A stretch of DNA of 64,000 bases from an uncultured Oscillospiraceae bacterium (GTDB taxonomy: Bacteria > Bacillota > Clostridia > Oscillospirales > Oscillospiraceae): contig CAPGBJ010000053.1 in the NCBI GenBank assembly GCA_948616425.1, positions 33 through 64,032 of the forward strand, read 5' to 3'. The notes beneath the pieces were generated by a model that saw only the letters and a list, made by a program, of their open reading frames with translations, was not told the origin of the DNA and ran no database searches. Positions 1-9,804 of this stretch are shown piece by piece. The number at the start of each line of letters is the position of its first letter. Positions within the stretch are counted from its first letter, which is position 1. The position numbers were made by a program, and so were the translations under genes.

Positions 1-836
<836 letters not shown>

Positions 837-1029
837 ATGGTATCTACACAGCTTACGCTGAATAAATCACTTTACTGAAACTAAAACCTTAGCTTCAAAG
901 AAATAATTGACGTTGTCCAATACAAGCTTCTTTCGAAACTTACTTGAAACAACCAATCCTTCTGGTGCTTCGTGTTTGTCACGTTGTTTAATTTACAAGG
1001 TGCACACCGCTCATCAGCGGCGGGCTTTT

Positions 1030-1058
1030 ATCTTACCACACTCGCAAGCCTTTGTCAA
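1030..1058 (-). promoter_or_regulatory. rRNA operon sigma-A promoter (proximal)
   Basis: TTGACA (1058-1053), 17-bp spacer, TG-n-TAAGAT (1035-1030), A-tract UP element upstream. Confidence 0.85.
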
Positions 1059-1142
1059 GAACTTTTTTTAAGTTTTTTCAAACTTTTTTTCGTTCTCTCA
1101 TTCGCAGCTCGCTGTGGCTTGTTGCTGCCGCAACGGTTTCAC

Positions 1143-1171
1143 ATCTTACCACTTCTTCCAGCCTTTGTCAA
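1143..1171 (-). promoter_or_regulatory. rRNA operon sigma-A promoter (middle)
   Basis: TTGACA (1171-1166), 17-bp spacer, TG-n-TAAGAT (1148-1143), A-tracts upstream. Confidence 0.85.
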
Positions 1172-1257
1172 GTACTTTTTTCGACTTTTTTCAAAATCTT
1201 TTTCCCTACTCAACTCGCCCTGTGGCTCGATCTCTCGTCCTCGCGGACAGCTTCGAT

Positions 1258-1286
1258 AGATTACCACTTGTTCTCCCTTTTGTCAA
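1258..1286 (-). promoter_or_regulatory. rRNA operon sigma-A promoter (distal)
   Basis: TTGACA (1286-1281), 17-bp spacer, TG-n-TAATCT (1263-1258), A-tracts upstream. Confidence 0.8.
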
Positions 1287-1360
1287 GCGGTTTTTAGAAA
1301 GTTTTTAAAGTTTTTTTACGCGCACCTTAACCCCTCAATATCTTTGATTCACGCGAAATT

Positions 1361-2461
1361 TCAGACACAAGATATGCCGCCTTTTCCGCTCTCTCCCAGA
1401 AGGCTCCCCAGCAGCCACAGCATCGCTGGGACCACTCCTCCCAACACCAGATTGCCTGTTGGCACCATCCAGCGGTTCCAGACCTCTGGTCTGCCCAGCG
1501 CAGGAAACAGAAGCAGGCTCCCCGCCGTGCCCAGTGCCACCGCCCCCCATGGGACCCATTTCAGCGCCTTTTCCGGCAGCAGTTCTGCTGTCATCGCCCG
1601 GATTGCAAAAACCAGCACGCCCCCCATTGTCAGATCAGCGAAGGTCCACAGGGCGGTTATCACTCCCTCCACCCTCTGAAAGGCGCCCTCCACCCCTACA
1701 CTTTTAGCCAGCGCGAAAAACGGGTTTTCCAGACGGGCGGCCAAATGGACCCCCAGGTTCCCGAGAATTACTCCCTGTGCAGCCGCTAGAAGCAGGACAC
1801 CCCCCAGTCCCCAGAACAGCCAGTGCCAATTTTTATTCTCCCCTTGATCCCTCACACTGCCCATGAGGAAGGGGAGGAACAGCCCCCAGCCCATTACGCC
1901 GGCCGCCGACAGGATAGACTCCACTGCCGGCCCGGCCGCCCCCCACCACAGGGGCAGCAGCCGCTCCGGTTTGGCCTGAAACACAGACAGCAGCAGCACC
2001 GTTCCAGCTGCAGCCAGCAGAGCGGCGAGGAAAATCTGACCCGCTCTGGCAAAGGCAGACACCTTTCCCCGGCCCATCCACAACACCACCGCCGCCGCAG
2101 AGAACAGGAAAAACCACAGTGCTCCCTCTCGGTCGCTGGAGGACAGCAGGCGCTGGGCGCATAGACGTAGCCGTAGCGCCAGCAGCAACACAGCCCATAT
2201 TATATATAGTAGAAGCACTCCGCCTCCCAGTCCTTTTCCCAGCAGGCCAGTCATTCTGCGGGCCAATCCCTCCCGCCCGGCCAGCGTACCCAGAAGCCAC
2301 CCCGCAGCCAATACCAGAGGCGCGGCCAGTACCACCGCCAGCCATGCCCCATTCCCCGCGCCGGGCAGGAGCAAACTTGGCAGCAGCTCCGCCGCCGGTG
2401 CCATTACTCCGGCCCACAGCAGGGCCATGAGTTGGGTGCGAGAAATTTTGTCCTTTTCCAT
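1361..2461 (-). CDS. gerKB: Spore germination receptor B subunit (GerAB/GerKB family, APC-like membrane protein)
   Basis: 366 aa, ~10 TM segments, 'KISRTQLMALL' N-terminus, 'FQRVEGVITALW' motif; third gene of ger operon. Confidence 0.8.
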   Translation of the reverse strand: MEKDKISRTQLMALLWAGVMAPAAELLPSLLLPGAGNGAWLAVVLAAPLVLAAGWLLGTLAGREGLARRMTGLLGKGLGGGVLLLYIIWAVLLLALRLRLCAQRLLSSSDREGALWFFLFSAAAVVLWMGRGKVSAFARAGQIFLAALLAAAGTVLLLSVFQAKPERLLPLWWGAAGPAVESILSAAGVMGWGLFLPFLMGSVRDQGENKNWHWLFWGLGGVLLLAAAQGVILGNLGVHLAARLENPFFALAKSVGVEGAFQRVEGVITALWTFADLTMGGVLVFAIRAMTAELLPEKALKWVPWGAVALGTAGSLLLFPALGRPEVWNRWMVPTGNLVLGGVVPAMLWLLGSLLGESGKGGISCV

Positions 2462-2525
2462 TCTGCGTCTCCTTACATCGCTGACACCCTGCGGGGCGAA
2501 TGCCCTACCCCACAGCAGCTCTGCG

Positions 2526-3605
2526 TCAAACCTCTATTTTCACCTGCACTGTAACCTCTACTGGCAGTCGGGCAAACCACTCCGGCCAATCCCTTTGAAT
2601 CGCCTGCCAGTTGGCGGGGCAGCCCATAGCCGCCTTGGCGCCCAGGCCGGTGCAATCGCACCTTAGTGCCCTCATTTGTTCCAACGCCGCCTCCAGCCGC
2701 CTTTGTTCCCTGGTCTCCAGTTCCTTTTGCAGCCGTTCCAATTCTCTGTCATGCAAAGGCTCCCGGTACTCGGTCAGGCGGGCCTTTACCACACAGGTCA
2801 GCCGCAGTGCGGAGGGGATATTGCCCCGAAACTCCAACTCACTCCAGGTGTGGGCAGAGGTAATTTGGGCGGACACTTTACTGCCTGGCAGCTCTACCGT
2901 TAAAATATGGTCGGCGGGCCCGCCAGCCAGTAGCTCCAGCCCTCTGGCCTCCTCCCCCTCCAAAAATCCAGTCAGTGTGTCCCCCTTTAATACACCATAG
3001 CCGTGTTCCGTTAGAACCGCGTCCCCCTCTTCGGCGGGGGAGAGTGCGGGAACAAAGGCCGATCCCCACTCCAGAAGGTCGGCGTACACCTCTCCAGCGG
3101 TGCGGCTGATGGCGGCAATGCCCATCTCGCTGTCGTGCTGAAGGGTCTCCAGCCGGCTGTCCACCCCCTCTTCTCCTCCGGAGACCACCGCCTCCCGGGC
3201 CGTGGCGCCCCGTACCAGCCACAGCTGAGCCCCCAGTCCCAGCTCGCTGTCCCGGGCAAAGTAGTCCAGCACTGGCCGAATGCCCGTCCTGCCCAAATCC
3301 TCACCGATGAGCAGCTGATCCACATAGCCGAAAAAAACATAGCTGTCACTCTGGCCCTGCATGGCCAGACAGGCCCCGCTGAGTGACTCCCGCTCCGCTG
3401 TCAAGGTGAGCGCCGGTTCCCCCTCAGATTGAAGTCCCTTGGCCCGGGGGCCGGTGGACCCAGTGACCGTCACCCCAGTCGAAGCTGCGTCAACCCCTAT
3501 GGTGCGCAGAAGCGCCATGTCTCCCATCTCCCGGGCGACCGGCAGACCTGAGCAGCTTGAGAGAAGCAGGCAGACAGTCAACAGCGGGACAAACCGTCTT
3601 TTCAT
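2526..3605 (-). CDS. gerKC: Spore germination receptor C subunit, Ger(x)C lipoprotein
   Basis: Start re-assigned to MKRRFVPLLTVCLLLSSC (lipobox LSSC), 'REMGDMALLRTIGVD' typical of GerC; ATGA overlap with gerKA stop. Confidence 0.85.
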   Translation of the reverse strand: MKRRFVPLLTVCLLLSSCSGLPVAREMGDMALLRTIGVDAASTGVTVTGSTGPRAKGLQSEGEPALTLTAERESLSGACLAMQGQSDSYVFFGYVDQLLIGEDLGRTGIRPVLDYFARDSELGLGAQLWLVRGATAREAVVSGGEEGVDSRLETLQHDSEMGIAAISRTAGEVYADLLEWGSAFVPALSPAEEGDAVLTEHGYGVLKGDTLTGFLEGEEARGLELLAGGPADHILTVELPGSKVSAQITSAHTWSELEFRGNIPSALRLTCVVKARLTEYREPLHDRELERLQKELETREQRRLEAALEQMRALRCDCTGLGAKAAMGCPANWQAIQRDWPEWFARLPVEVTVQVKIEV

Positions 3606-5107
3606 CGCTGATTCCTCCTGTTCTGGGTCTTGATGGGGCCGTCTCGCCATTTCATGGCGGGCAGGGGCAGACGAAAGAGGCTGGGATGTCCCCGAGGCAC
3701 CCGGGTCCCGGTGGTAAAGGGGGCCAGATAGGGCACGCCGAAGGATTCCAGCTCTGCCAAGTGGTAGATCAGGGCGGCGCAGCCCAAAGCCAGACCGAAG
3801 AGCCCCCCCAAACTGGCCAAGATTGCCAGCAGGAACCGCCACAGCCGCAGGGCGTTGCCGAAGTCCTGGGACGGCATGGTGTACCCCGCCACCCCGGCGA
3901 TGGCCACCGCAATGAGGACGGCAGGGGAGACAATATGGGCATCCACCGCCGCGTTGCCCACCACCAGTCCCCCCAGAATAGAGACGGTGGCCCCGATGGG
4001 GCCGGGGAGACGCAGGCCGGCCTCTTGAATGACCTCGAAAGCCAGCAGCATAATGAGTACCTCGAAGATGGTGGAGAAGGGCACCTCCTGCTTGGCGGCC
4101 ACAATGGACAGGGCCAGCTTCGGGGGGATGGCTTCGGGGTGGAAGGTGACCAGAGCGATATAGAGCCCAGGCACCAACAGGGTGATCAGGGCGCACAGCC
4201 AGCGGATGACGCTGAGGGCGGAGGCCACCAGCCAGTGGTAGGCCCGGTCCTGCCCCGTCTTGAAGAACTGGTCCACTGTGCCGGGGAGGAGCCAGCCCAG
4301 GGGGATGCCGTCAGCAAAGAGGCCCACCCGGCCCTCTAAAAGGCCTTGGCAAAATCGGTCGGGCCGCTGGGTGTAGGGCATGAGGGGGAAGGGGGAGCGT
4401 GCAGCGTCCACCAGGTATTCCTCCAAACTGCCCGCCGCCTCCACGCCGTCGATGTCGATGGCGTCCAGCCGCTGTTCCAAGAGAGCCACCGTGTCCGGAT
4501 CGGCAATGCCGTCGATCCACAGTACGTCCACCGGAGTGAGAGACTGCCGGCCCACTATCTGCTCCCGGATTTTCAGTTCTGGGGCCCGAAGCCGGCGGCG
4601 AATCAGAGACGTGTTGGTGCGCAGACTCTCCACAAAGGAGTCTCTGGCCCCCTTCAGGGCGGGCTCGTTCTCCGGCTCTCCCACTGACCGCTTCTCCTCG
4701 GTGGCCACAGGGAAAATCAGGCAGTCGTCCCGGCCCTCCAGAAAGAGGGCGCAGCTGCCCTCAATGAGGGCGAAGACCACCGGGTCCAGCTGGGTCTCCC
4801 GCTCAGCGGACTGGACGTAGAGGGCCCCCCGCTCCAGCAGGTCAAACAGCTCCCCCTCCGGGACCGAGGCCAGCATAGGGTCCTGGGCCAGCGGGCGTAG
4901 GATATAGTCGTTAAGCCGCTCCGTCCTGGCCTGGCCGTCAATGTAGCATACAGCAGCTTTCCGCTGTCTGTCCCCGTGAAGATAGACCTCCCGCCTGCGG
5001 AAGTCCGCGCAGTCGGTGAAGACCTCCTCCAACCGGGTCAGAGACAGCGGGCCGGGGAGTCTAGGCTCCCTTCTGGGGTGGGGCGCATTGGCCTCCTGTC
5101 TGAACAT
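3602..5107 (-). CDS. gerKA: Spore germination receptor A subunit (GerA family)
   Basis: 501 aa; motifs EPENEPALKGARDSFVESLRTNTSLIRRRL, EAGLRLP, SILGGLVVGNAAV, SFGVPYLAP; GGAGGG RBS. Confidence 0.93.
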   Translation of the reverse strand: MFRQEANAPHPRREPRLPGPLSLTRLEEVFTDCADFRRREVYLHGDRQRKAAVCYIDGQARTERLNDYILRPLAQDPMLASVPEGELFDLLERGALYVQSAERETQLDPVVFALIEGSCALFLEGRDDCLIFPVATEEKRSVGEPENEPALKGARDSFVESLRTNTSLIRRRLRAPELKIREQIVGRQSLTPVDVLWIDGIADPDTVALLEQRLDAIDIDGVEAAGSLEEYLVDAARSPFPLMPYTQRPDRFCQGLLEGRVGLFADGIPLGWLLPGTVDQFFKTGQDRAYHWLVASALSVIRWLCALITLLVPGLYIALVTFHPEAIPPKLALSIVAAKQEVPFSTIFEVLIMLLAFEVIQEAGLRLPGPIGATVSILGGLVVGNAAVDAHIVSPAVLIAVAIAGVAGYTMPSQDFGNALRLWRFLLAILASLGGLFGLALGCAALIYHLAELESFGVPYLAPFTTGTRVPRGHPSLFRLPLPAMKWRDGPIKTQNRRNQR

Positions 5108-5134
5108 AGAAACACCCTCCTTTCACCTTAATAC

Positions 5135-5272
5135 TCAAAAATGACAGATAGACGAGGGATTTTTGCTGGGGCAGGCAGAGCTTTTCCAAGATGTATTTCA
5201 AGGAAAATTGGCAAAGCATGGCGGAAAAAGAGCCGGCGTTGGGGCATGTTACCATGTTTCAAACAAGCCCTG
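5135..5272. repeat. Degenerate copy of a ~165-bp MITE-like dispersed repeat
   Basis: Shares GAGGGATTTTT..., GATGTATT.CAAG.AAAATTGG, ATGGCGGAAAAAG and the right end ATGTTTCAAACAAGCCCT with the element at 19007-19173; left end decayed. Confidence 0.7.
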
Positions 5273-5376
5273 GACGCGGACCGCTTCCCTCTTGGCAATC
5301 GCCCTGCACGCTGTGTACCCAATGGGGGGGCAGTCCATCAGTTTCTATAGTTGCGTTTTGGAAAGCTGCCGCCTAT

Positions 5377-5405
5377 ATCATACGACAGCTTTTAGTAAAA
5401 GTCAA
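5377..5405 (-). promoter_or_regulatory. Putative sigma-A promoter facing the ger operon
   Basis: TTGACT (5405-5400), 17 bp, TATGAT (5382-5377). Confidence 0.55.
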
Positions 5406-5457
5406 CAAAAACGGCGGAAGGGCGAGCCCATCAACTGGGTGTATCCATGGACAGCCA

Positions 5458-6135
5458 TCAGCCCTTAGTGGGCAGCACCGAGGCGATGGCCCCGGCAAAG
5501 GCGCTCATGGGCATGGTCTGAAGGAGAATGCGGCCCGGGCCGGTGACCACGGTGTGGAACAGCCCTTCTCCGCCGAAGAGCACGTTTTTCACACCCTTGA
5601 CGCTCTGGATGTCGATGGTACAGGTGGCGTCCATCATAGCCAGATTGCCGGTATCAATGACCATCTGCTGGCCTGGGGACAGCGTGTACTCCACACCGTA
5701 GCCGTCGATCTCCAGAAAGGCCATACCCCGGCCGGACAGCTGCTGCATGATAAAGCCCTCGCCGCCGAAAAAGCCGGCGCCCAGCTTCTTCTGGAAGAAT
5801 ACCGACAGTTCCACCCCCTGCTCAGAGGCCAAAAAAGCGGACTTTTGGGCCACAATGGGCTTGTCTGGAGTGATCTCTACAGGCAGAATAGCCCCCGGAA
5901 AGCTGGAGGCAAAGGCGATCATGCCCGGTCCGTCCTTGGCGGTGTAGAAGTTCTGGAACATGGACTCCCCGGAAAACATCCGGCCGAAGGCCTTGCCAAA
6001 ACCGCCGGCAGAGGTCCGCATCTCCATATTGGGGCTCATCCATACCATGGAGCCCTTCTCGGTAATCATGGTCTCCCCGGGGTTCAGGTCGCAGATGACG
6101 ACAGGCGTGGGTTCCCCCTGAATTTTATAGTTCAT
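5458..6135 (-). CDS. AIM24/TIGR00266 family protein
   Basis: Start MNYKIQGEP with AAGGAG RBS; motifs 'GRMFSGESMF', 'GFFGGEGF', 'LFGGEGLF..VTGPGRILLQT'. Confidence 0.9.
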   Translation of the reverse strand: MNYKIQGEPTPVVICDLNPGETMITEKGSMVWMSPNMEMRTSAGGFGKAFGRMFSGESMFQNFYTAKDGPGMIAFASSFPGAILPVEITPDKPIVAQKSAFLASEQGVELSVFFQKKLGAGFFGGEGFIMQQLSGRGMAFLEIDGYGVEYTLSPGQQMVIDTGNLAMMDATCTIDIQSVKGVKNVLFGGEGLFHTVVTGPGRILLQTMPMSAFAGAIASVLPTKG

Positions 6136-6251
6136 GATGTATTTGCTCCTTTCCGCTTTCTGGGATATCTCCAGTATAACACGGGGGAAATCGGGCCGCA
6201 AGATGAAAATCCACCCCGCCGTACGAGGTACGGCGGGGTGGAGAGACCGAT

Positions 6252-6653
6252 TTAGAGCCAAAGTACCAGGGCGGCAGTCAGAATAACCGCCATACAGCCC
6301 AGCATGGCCAGAGAGGCCTTGAGAGGGGAACGTTCGCCGCCCTCGCTGTCGGAGAACAGACTGTTGTTGTCATCCGGGGAGCTGGGCCGCCCCATTTGCA
6401 GCCAGCGGATCAGGTAATAGGCGGCGGAGATCAGGTCCACCGCCCCAAAGATCACCACGATATTTTTTGCATTGTACAGGATAAAGCCCACTGTAACATG
6501 GTCGCTGCCAAAGGCGATGTGGCCCCACTGCCAGCGGGCCAGGGCCATCAATCCCAGCAGGAGCAGCTCAGCCAGCACTGCGGCCCCGTGCTGCTTGGCG
6601 CGGAGGAGACTGCTGACCTTGGGACGGTTCGCACCGTGACGCAGTTGATTCAT
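6252..6653 (-). CDS. Hypothetical membrane protein (3 TM)
   Basis: 133 aa ORF with GAGGGG RBS directly downstream of prfB; hydrophobic segments. Confidence 0.65.
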   Translation of the reverse strand: MNQLRHGANRPKVSSLLRAKQHGAAVLAELLLLGLMALARWQWGHIAFGSDHVTVGFILYNAKNIVVIFGAVDLISAAYYLIRWLQMGRPSSPDDNNSLFSDSEGGERSPLKASLAMLGCMAVILTAALVLWL

Positions 6654-6668
6654 AGGCCCCTCTCTCCC

Positions 6669-7790
6669 CTACTTGCTGGCCCAGTTTCCTGTGGCCTCGG
6701 CGGTGAGGTAGGCATTGACAAAGCCGTCCAGGTCGCCGTCCATCACGCCGTTGATGTTACTGGTTTCAAAGGCGGTGCGGTTGTCTTTCACCATCTGGTA
6801 GGGCATAAAAACATAGGAGCGGATCTGGCTGCCCCATTCAATCTTCAGCTGGACGCCTTTCAAATCGGAGATCTTTTCCGCCTTCTCCTGCATCTGCAAT
6901 TCCACCAGTTTCGCCCGGAGCATTTTCATACAGTTGTCCTTGTTCTGGAACTGGGACCGCTCCTGCTGACTGGCCACCACCACACCGGTGGGCTTGTGGA
7001 TCAGGCGGACGGCGGAGGAGGTCTTGTTCACGTGCTGGCCGCCGGCGCCAGAGGCCCGGTAGACCTGCATCTCGATGTCCTCGGGGCGGATCTCAATCTC
7101 TACATCCTCGGGCAGGTCGGGCATGACCTCCACCGAGGCGAAGGAGGTCTGCCGCCGGGCGTTGGCGTCGAAGGGGGACACCCGCACCAGCCGGTGGACG
7201 CCGTGCTCACCTCGGAGGTAGCCGTATGCGTTGGGGCCCTCGATCATGATGGTGGCCGATTTGATGCCGGCTTCGTCCCCCTCCTGGTAGTCCATGATCT
7301 GGTAGGTAAAGCCGCGGCGCTCGGTCCAGCGGGTGTACATCCGGTAGAGCATCTGAGCCCAGTCCTGGGCCTCGGTGCCGCCAGCGCCGGGGTGGATGGT
7401 GAGAATCACATTGGATCGGTCGTACTCCCCGGTGAGCAGCGTCTCCAGCCGGGCGGTCTCCATGTTGGCCTCCAGGGCGGCGAAGCCCTCCTCCAGTTCA
7501 GGGATAAGGCTCTCGTCCTCAAACTCGTTGCCCATCTCACACAGGGCCATCAGGTCGTCCCACTGCCCCTGACGCCGGTTCTGGCTGTCCACCTTGTCCT
7601 GAAGATTTTTGATGCGCTGCTGGACCTTTTGTGCCTTGGCCAGGTTGTCCCAGAAGCCGTCAGCGGCGGACTCGGCCTGGAGCATATCCAGTTCCCGTTC
7701 GGCTCCCTCCAGATCCAGCGCCTGTCCAAGTTCCTTCAGCGCCGGGGCCAAATTGTTCAGTTTTACCTTATACTCGTCAAATTGAAGCAT
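6669..7790 (-). CDS. prfB: Peptide chain release factor 2
   Basis: GGQ motif (GAGGQHVNKT), SPF tripeptide (RLVRVSPFD), WGSQIRSY; single uninterrupted ORF. Confidence 0.97.
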   Translation of the reverse strand: MLQFDEYKVKLNNLAPALKELGQALDLEGAERELDMLQAESAADGFWDNLAKAQKVQQRIKNLQDKVDSQNRRQGQWDDLMALCEMGNEFEDESLIPELEEGFAALEANMETARLETLLTGEYDRSNVILTIHPGAGGTEAQDWAQMLYRMYTRWTERRGFTYQIMDYQEGDEAGIKSATIMIEGPNAYGYLRGEHGVHRLVRVSPFDANARRQTSFASVEVMPDLPEDVEIEIRPEDIEMQVYRASGAGGQHVNKTSSAVRLIHKPTGVVVASQQERSQFQNKDNCMKMLRAKLVELQMQEKAEKISDLKGVQLKIEWGSQIRSYVFMPYQMVKDNRTAFETSNINGVMDGDLDGFVNAYLTAEATGNWASK

Positions 7791-7927
7791 GCGCTTCCCA
7801 CACTTTCCTGATAATTTGGGAACTACTGACGAAATCTCTGCTCAGCTCTGTCAGTGGTCTCTAAGTTTCAGCTTATTATATATGAGCCGTGGAAAAAAGT
7901 AAAGAAAAATTGGTGTCCTTTCCCATA

Positions 7928-7957
7928 TTGACAGTTTGTGTCTGGATGGTCTATAAT
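7928..7957 (+). promoter_or_regulatory. Sigma-A promoter of the DAACS-pheA-tyrA operon
   Basis: TTGACA (7928-7933), 18 bp, TATAAT (7952-7957). Confidence 0.75.
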
Positions 7958-8003
7958 AACAGACGCTTTATCGCGACAAACCATTAAAGTGAGGTCCTGA
8001 ACA

Positions 8004-9224
8004 ATGAACGTGCTGTTAAAAAAAGAGAATCTGTTCCTGCGAGTTGCCGTCGGCTTTGTCGTCGGCGTCGCTCTGGGCTTGGCCGCCCCAGAGTTTTCCA
8101 TCGCCACCAAGGTGGTGGGCGATATCTATCTAAACATGATTAAACTGATGATTATCCCCATTGTGGTGTGCGCTGTCTTCTGCGGCATTGCCAACATCAA
8201 GGATGGGAACCTGCTGCGCCGCATCGGGGTGCGCACAGTGGCCCTGTATGTGGTGATGTTTGTCGTCTGTGCGGTGATTTCTCTGGCCATTGCCTGGGCA
8301 ATTCGGCCGGGGCTGGGTACGGTGTTTGAGAACGCCCCTGTCTATGAGGGGGACATCACCACCCCCACAATCAGCAGCTTTCTCATTGCCATTGTCCCCA
8401 CCAATATCGTCAAGGCAGCCGCTGACGGCAGCACCCTGCCTGTCATCTTATTTACCATCGTCTTTGCCATTGCAATTTTATCCATCGGCGAGAAGGGCGG
8501 GCCAGTTCTGGCCTTTATGAACAGCCTGTCCGACGCCTTTTTCAAGATGCTGGGCTATTTCATGGAGGTCTCTCCTCTGGGCGTGCTGTCTCTGATGGCC
8601 TTCTCAGTGGCCCAGTACGGCGCGGGTATTTTCGGCGCCCTGGCCAAGTACATCGCCACCTGCTGGCTGTGCTGTATTGTGGTATTTCTAGCGGCTATGG
8701 TCCTCCCCGTCTGTCTGTACACCAAGCTCAGCCCTATGAAGTTTGTCAAAGCCTGCGGCAAAGTAGCTCTGGTGACGCTGTCTACCACCTCCTCCGCCGC
8801 CACTCTGCCCACCACCATCAATGTGAGCACCCAGGATCTGGGCGCCCCTGAGGGTGTCTCCAAGTTCACCCTTCCGCTGGGTTGCACCATCAACATGTGC
8901 GGCGGCGCCTGCTCCTTCTGCTGTCTGGCGGTCTTTGTCTCCGACTTCTACTCCATCAATCTGCCCCTGGGCACCATTGTCTTCCTGGTGATGGTGGCCA
9001 CCCTGCTCAATATGGCTGCTCCGGGCATCCCCGGCGGCGGCGTGGTGCTGGGCGCCTCCTTCCTTTCTATTTTGGGGCTGCCTATCGACCTGATGGGCCC
9101 CATCAGCGGCTTCTACCGCCTGCTGGACATGGCCTTCACCACCATCAATGTGGAGGGCGACGTGGCCGCTAACCTGATGATTGCCAAGAGCATCGGCGAG
9201 TATGACGGCTCTATGGCGAAGTGA
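8004..9224 (+). CDS. Dicarboxylate/amino acid:cation symporter (DAACS/SLC1 family)
   Basis: 406 aa; STTSSAATLP serine-rich motif, LPLGCTINM, APGIPGGG, LLDM..TTINVEGD. Confidence 0.92.
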   Translation: MNVLLKKENLFLRVAVGFVVGVALGLAAPEFSIATKVVGDIYLNMIKLMIIPIVVCAVFCGIANIKDGNLLRRIGVRTVALYVVMFVVCAVISLAIAWAIRPGLGTVFENAPVYEGDITTPTISSFLIAIVPTNIVKAAADGSTLPVILFTIVFAIAILSIGEKGGPVLAFMNSLSDAFFKMLGYFMEVSPLGVLSLMAFSVAQYGAGIFGALAKYIATCWLCCIVVFLAAMVLPVCLYTKLSPMKFVKACGKVALVTLSTTSSAATLPTTINVSTQDLGAPEGVSKFTLPLGCTINMCGGACSFCCLAVFVSDFYSINLPLGTIVFLVMVATLLNMAAPGIPGGGVVLGASFLSILGLPIDLMGPISGFYRLLDMAFTTINVEGDVAANLMIAKSIGEYDGSMAK

Positions 9225-9234
9225 GGTGTCCGCA

Positions 9235-9801
9235 GTGAAAATTGGTTATCAGGGCATTGAGGGCAGCAACTCCCGGGCAGCTGCGGAGCAAATGGCCCGA
9301 CGTCTGGGCTGGTCAGACGTGACGTACATCCCCCTGGTTCACTCCCAGGGGGTGGTGGACGGGCTGAGGTCCGGGGCGGTGGATTGCGGCGTGATGGCGA
9401 CGCAAAACCATGTGGCCGGTGTTGTGCAGGAGAGCGCGGAGGCCCTGCGGGGCGTGCAATACCGCATCCTGGCGGAGGACTGCATCCCCATTCATCACTG
9501 CCTGTTTGTGAAAGACCCCTCCTTGGTAGAGATTGACATAGTTGCCTCCCACATCCAGGCGTTGAAGCAGTGTGAGGGACATCTGAAGATGGAATATCCC
9601 AATGCCGTCTGGCAGGAACTGGAGGACACAGCCATCGGCGCGCGCTATCTGGCGGAGGGCAGGCTGTCCCCCGCCACAGGGGTGCTGTGCCGCCGGGACG
9701 CCGGCCTCTCCTTTGGGCTGCACCTGCTGCGGGAAAACATGGAGGACAACGAGCAAAACGCCACTCAATTTATTTTGTTCGCCCTGGAAAAGGAGGGGTG
9801 A
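9235..9801 (+). CDS. pheA: Prephenate dehydratase, catalytic domain only (no ACT)
   Basis: GTG start after GAGGTG; KIGYQGIEGSNS, IPIHHCL, SHIQALKQC, EDNEQNATQF (TRF-like motif); ends before an ACT domain. Confidence 0.8.
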   Translation: MKIGYQGIEGSNSRAAAEQMARRLGWSDVTYIPLVHSQGVVDGLRSGAVDCGVMATQNHVAGVVQESAEALRGVQYRILAEDCIPIHHCLFVKDPSLVEIDIVASHIQALKQCEGHLKMEYPNAVWQELEDTAIGARYLAEGRLSPATGVLCRRDAGLSFGLHLLRENMEDNEQNATQFILFALEKEG

Positions 9802-9804
9802 GGC

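Noticed and set aside
3606..4196. Long N-terminal extension of the 556-aa ORF overlapping gerKA
   Set aside because: Out-of-frame overlap with gerKA; the real GerKC starts at the lipoprotein signal at 3605
5325..5372. c-di-GMP-I riboswitch-like words (ACGCAACTATAG) in the ger leader
   Set aside because: The GGCAAAC/GNRA stem and the rest of the consensus are missing
6396..7811. Long antisense ORFs over prfB (and similarly over murA, recG, the ABC genes and DUF917)
   Set aside because: GC-rich shadow frames opposite well-supported genes
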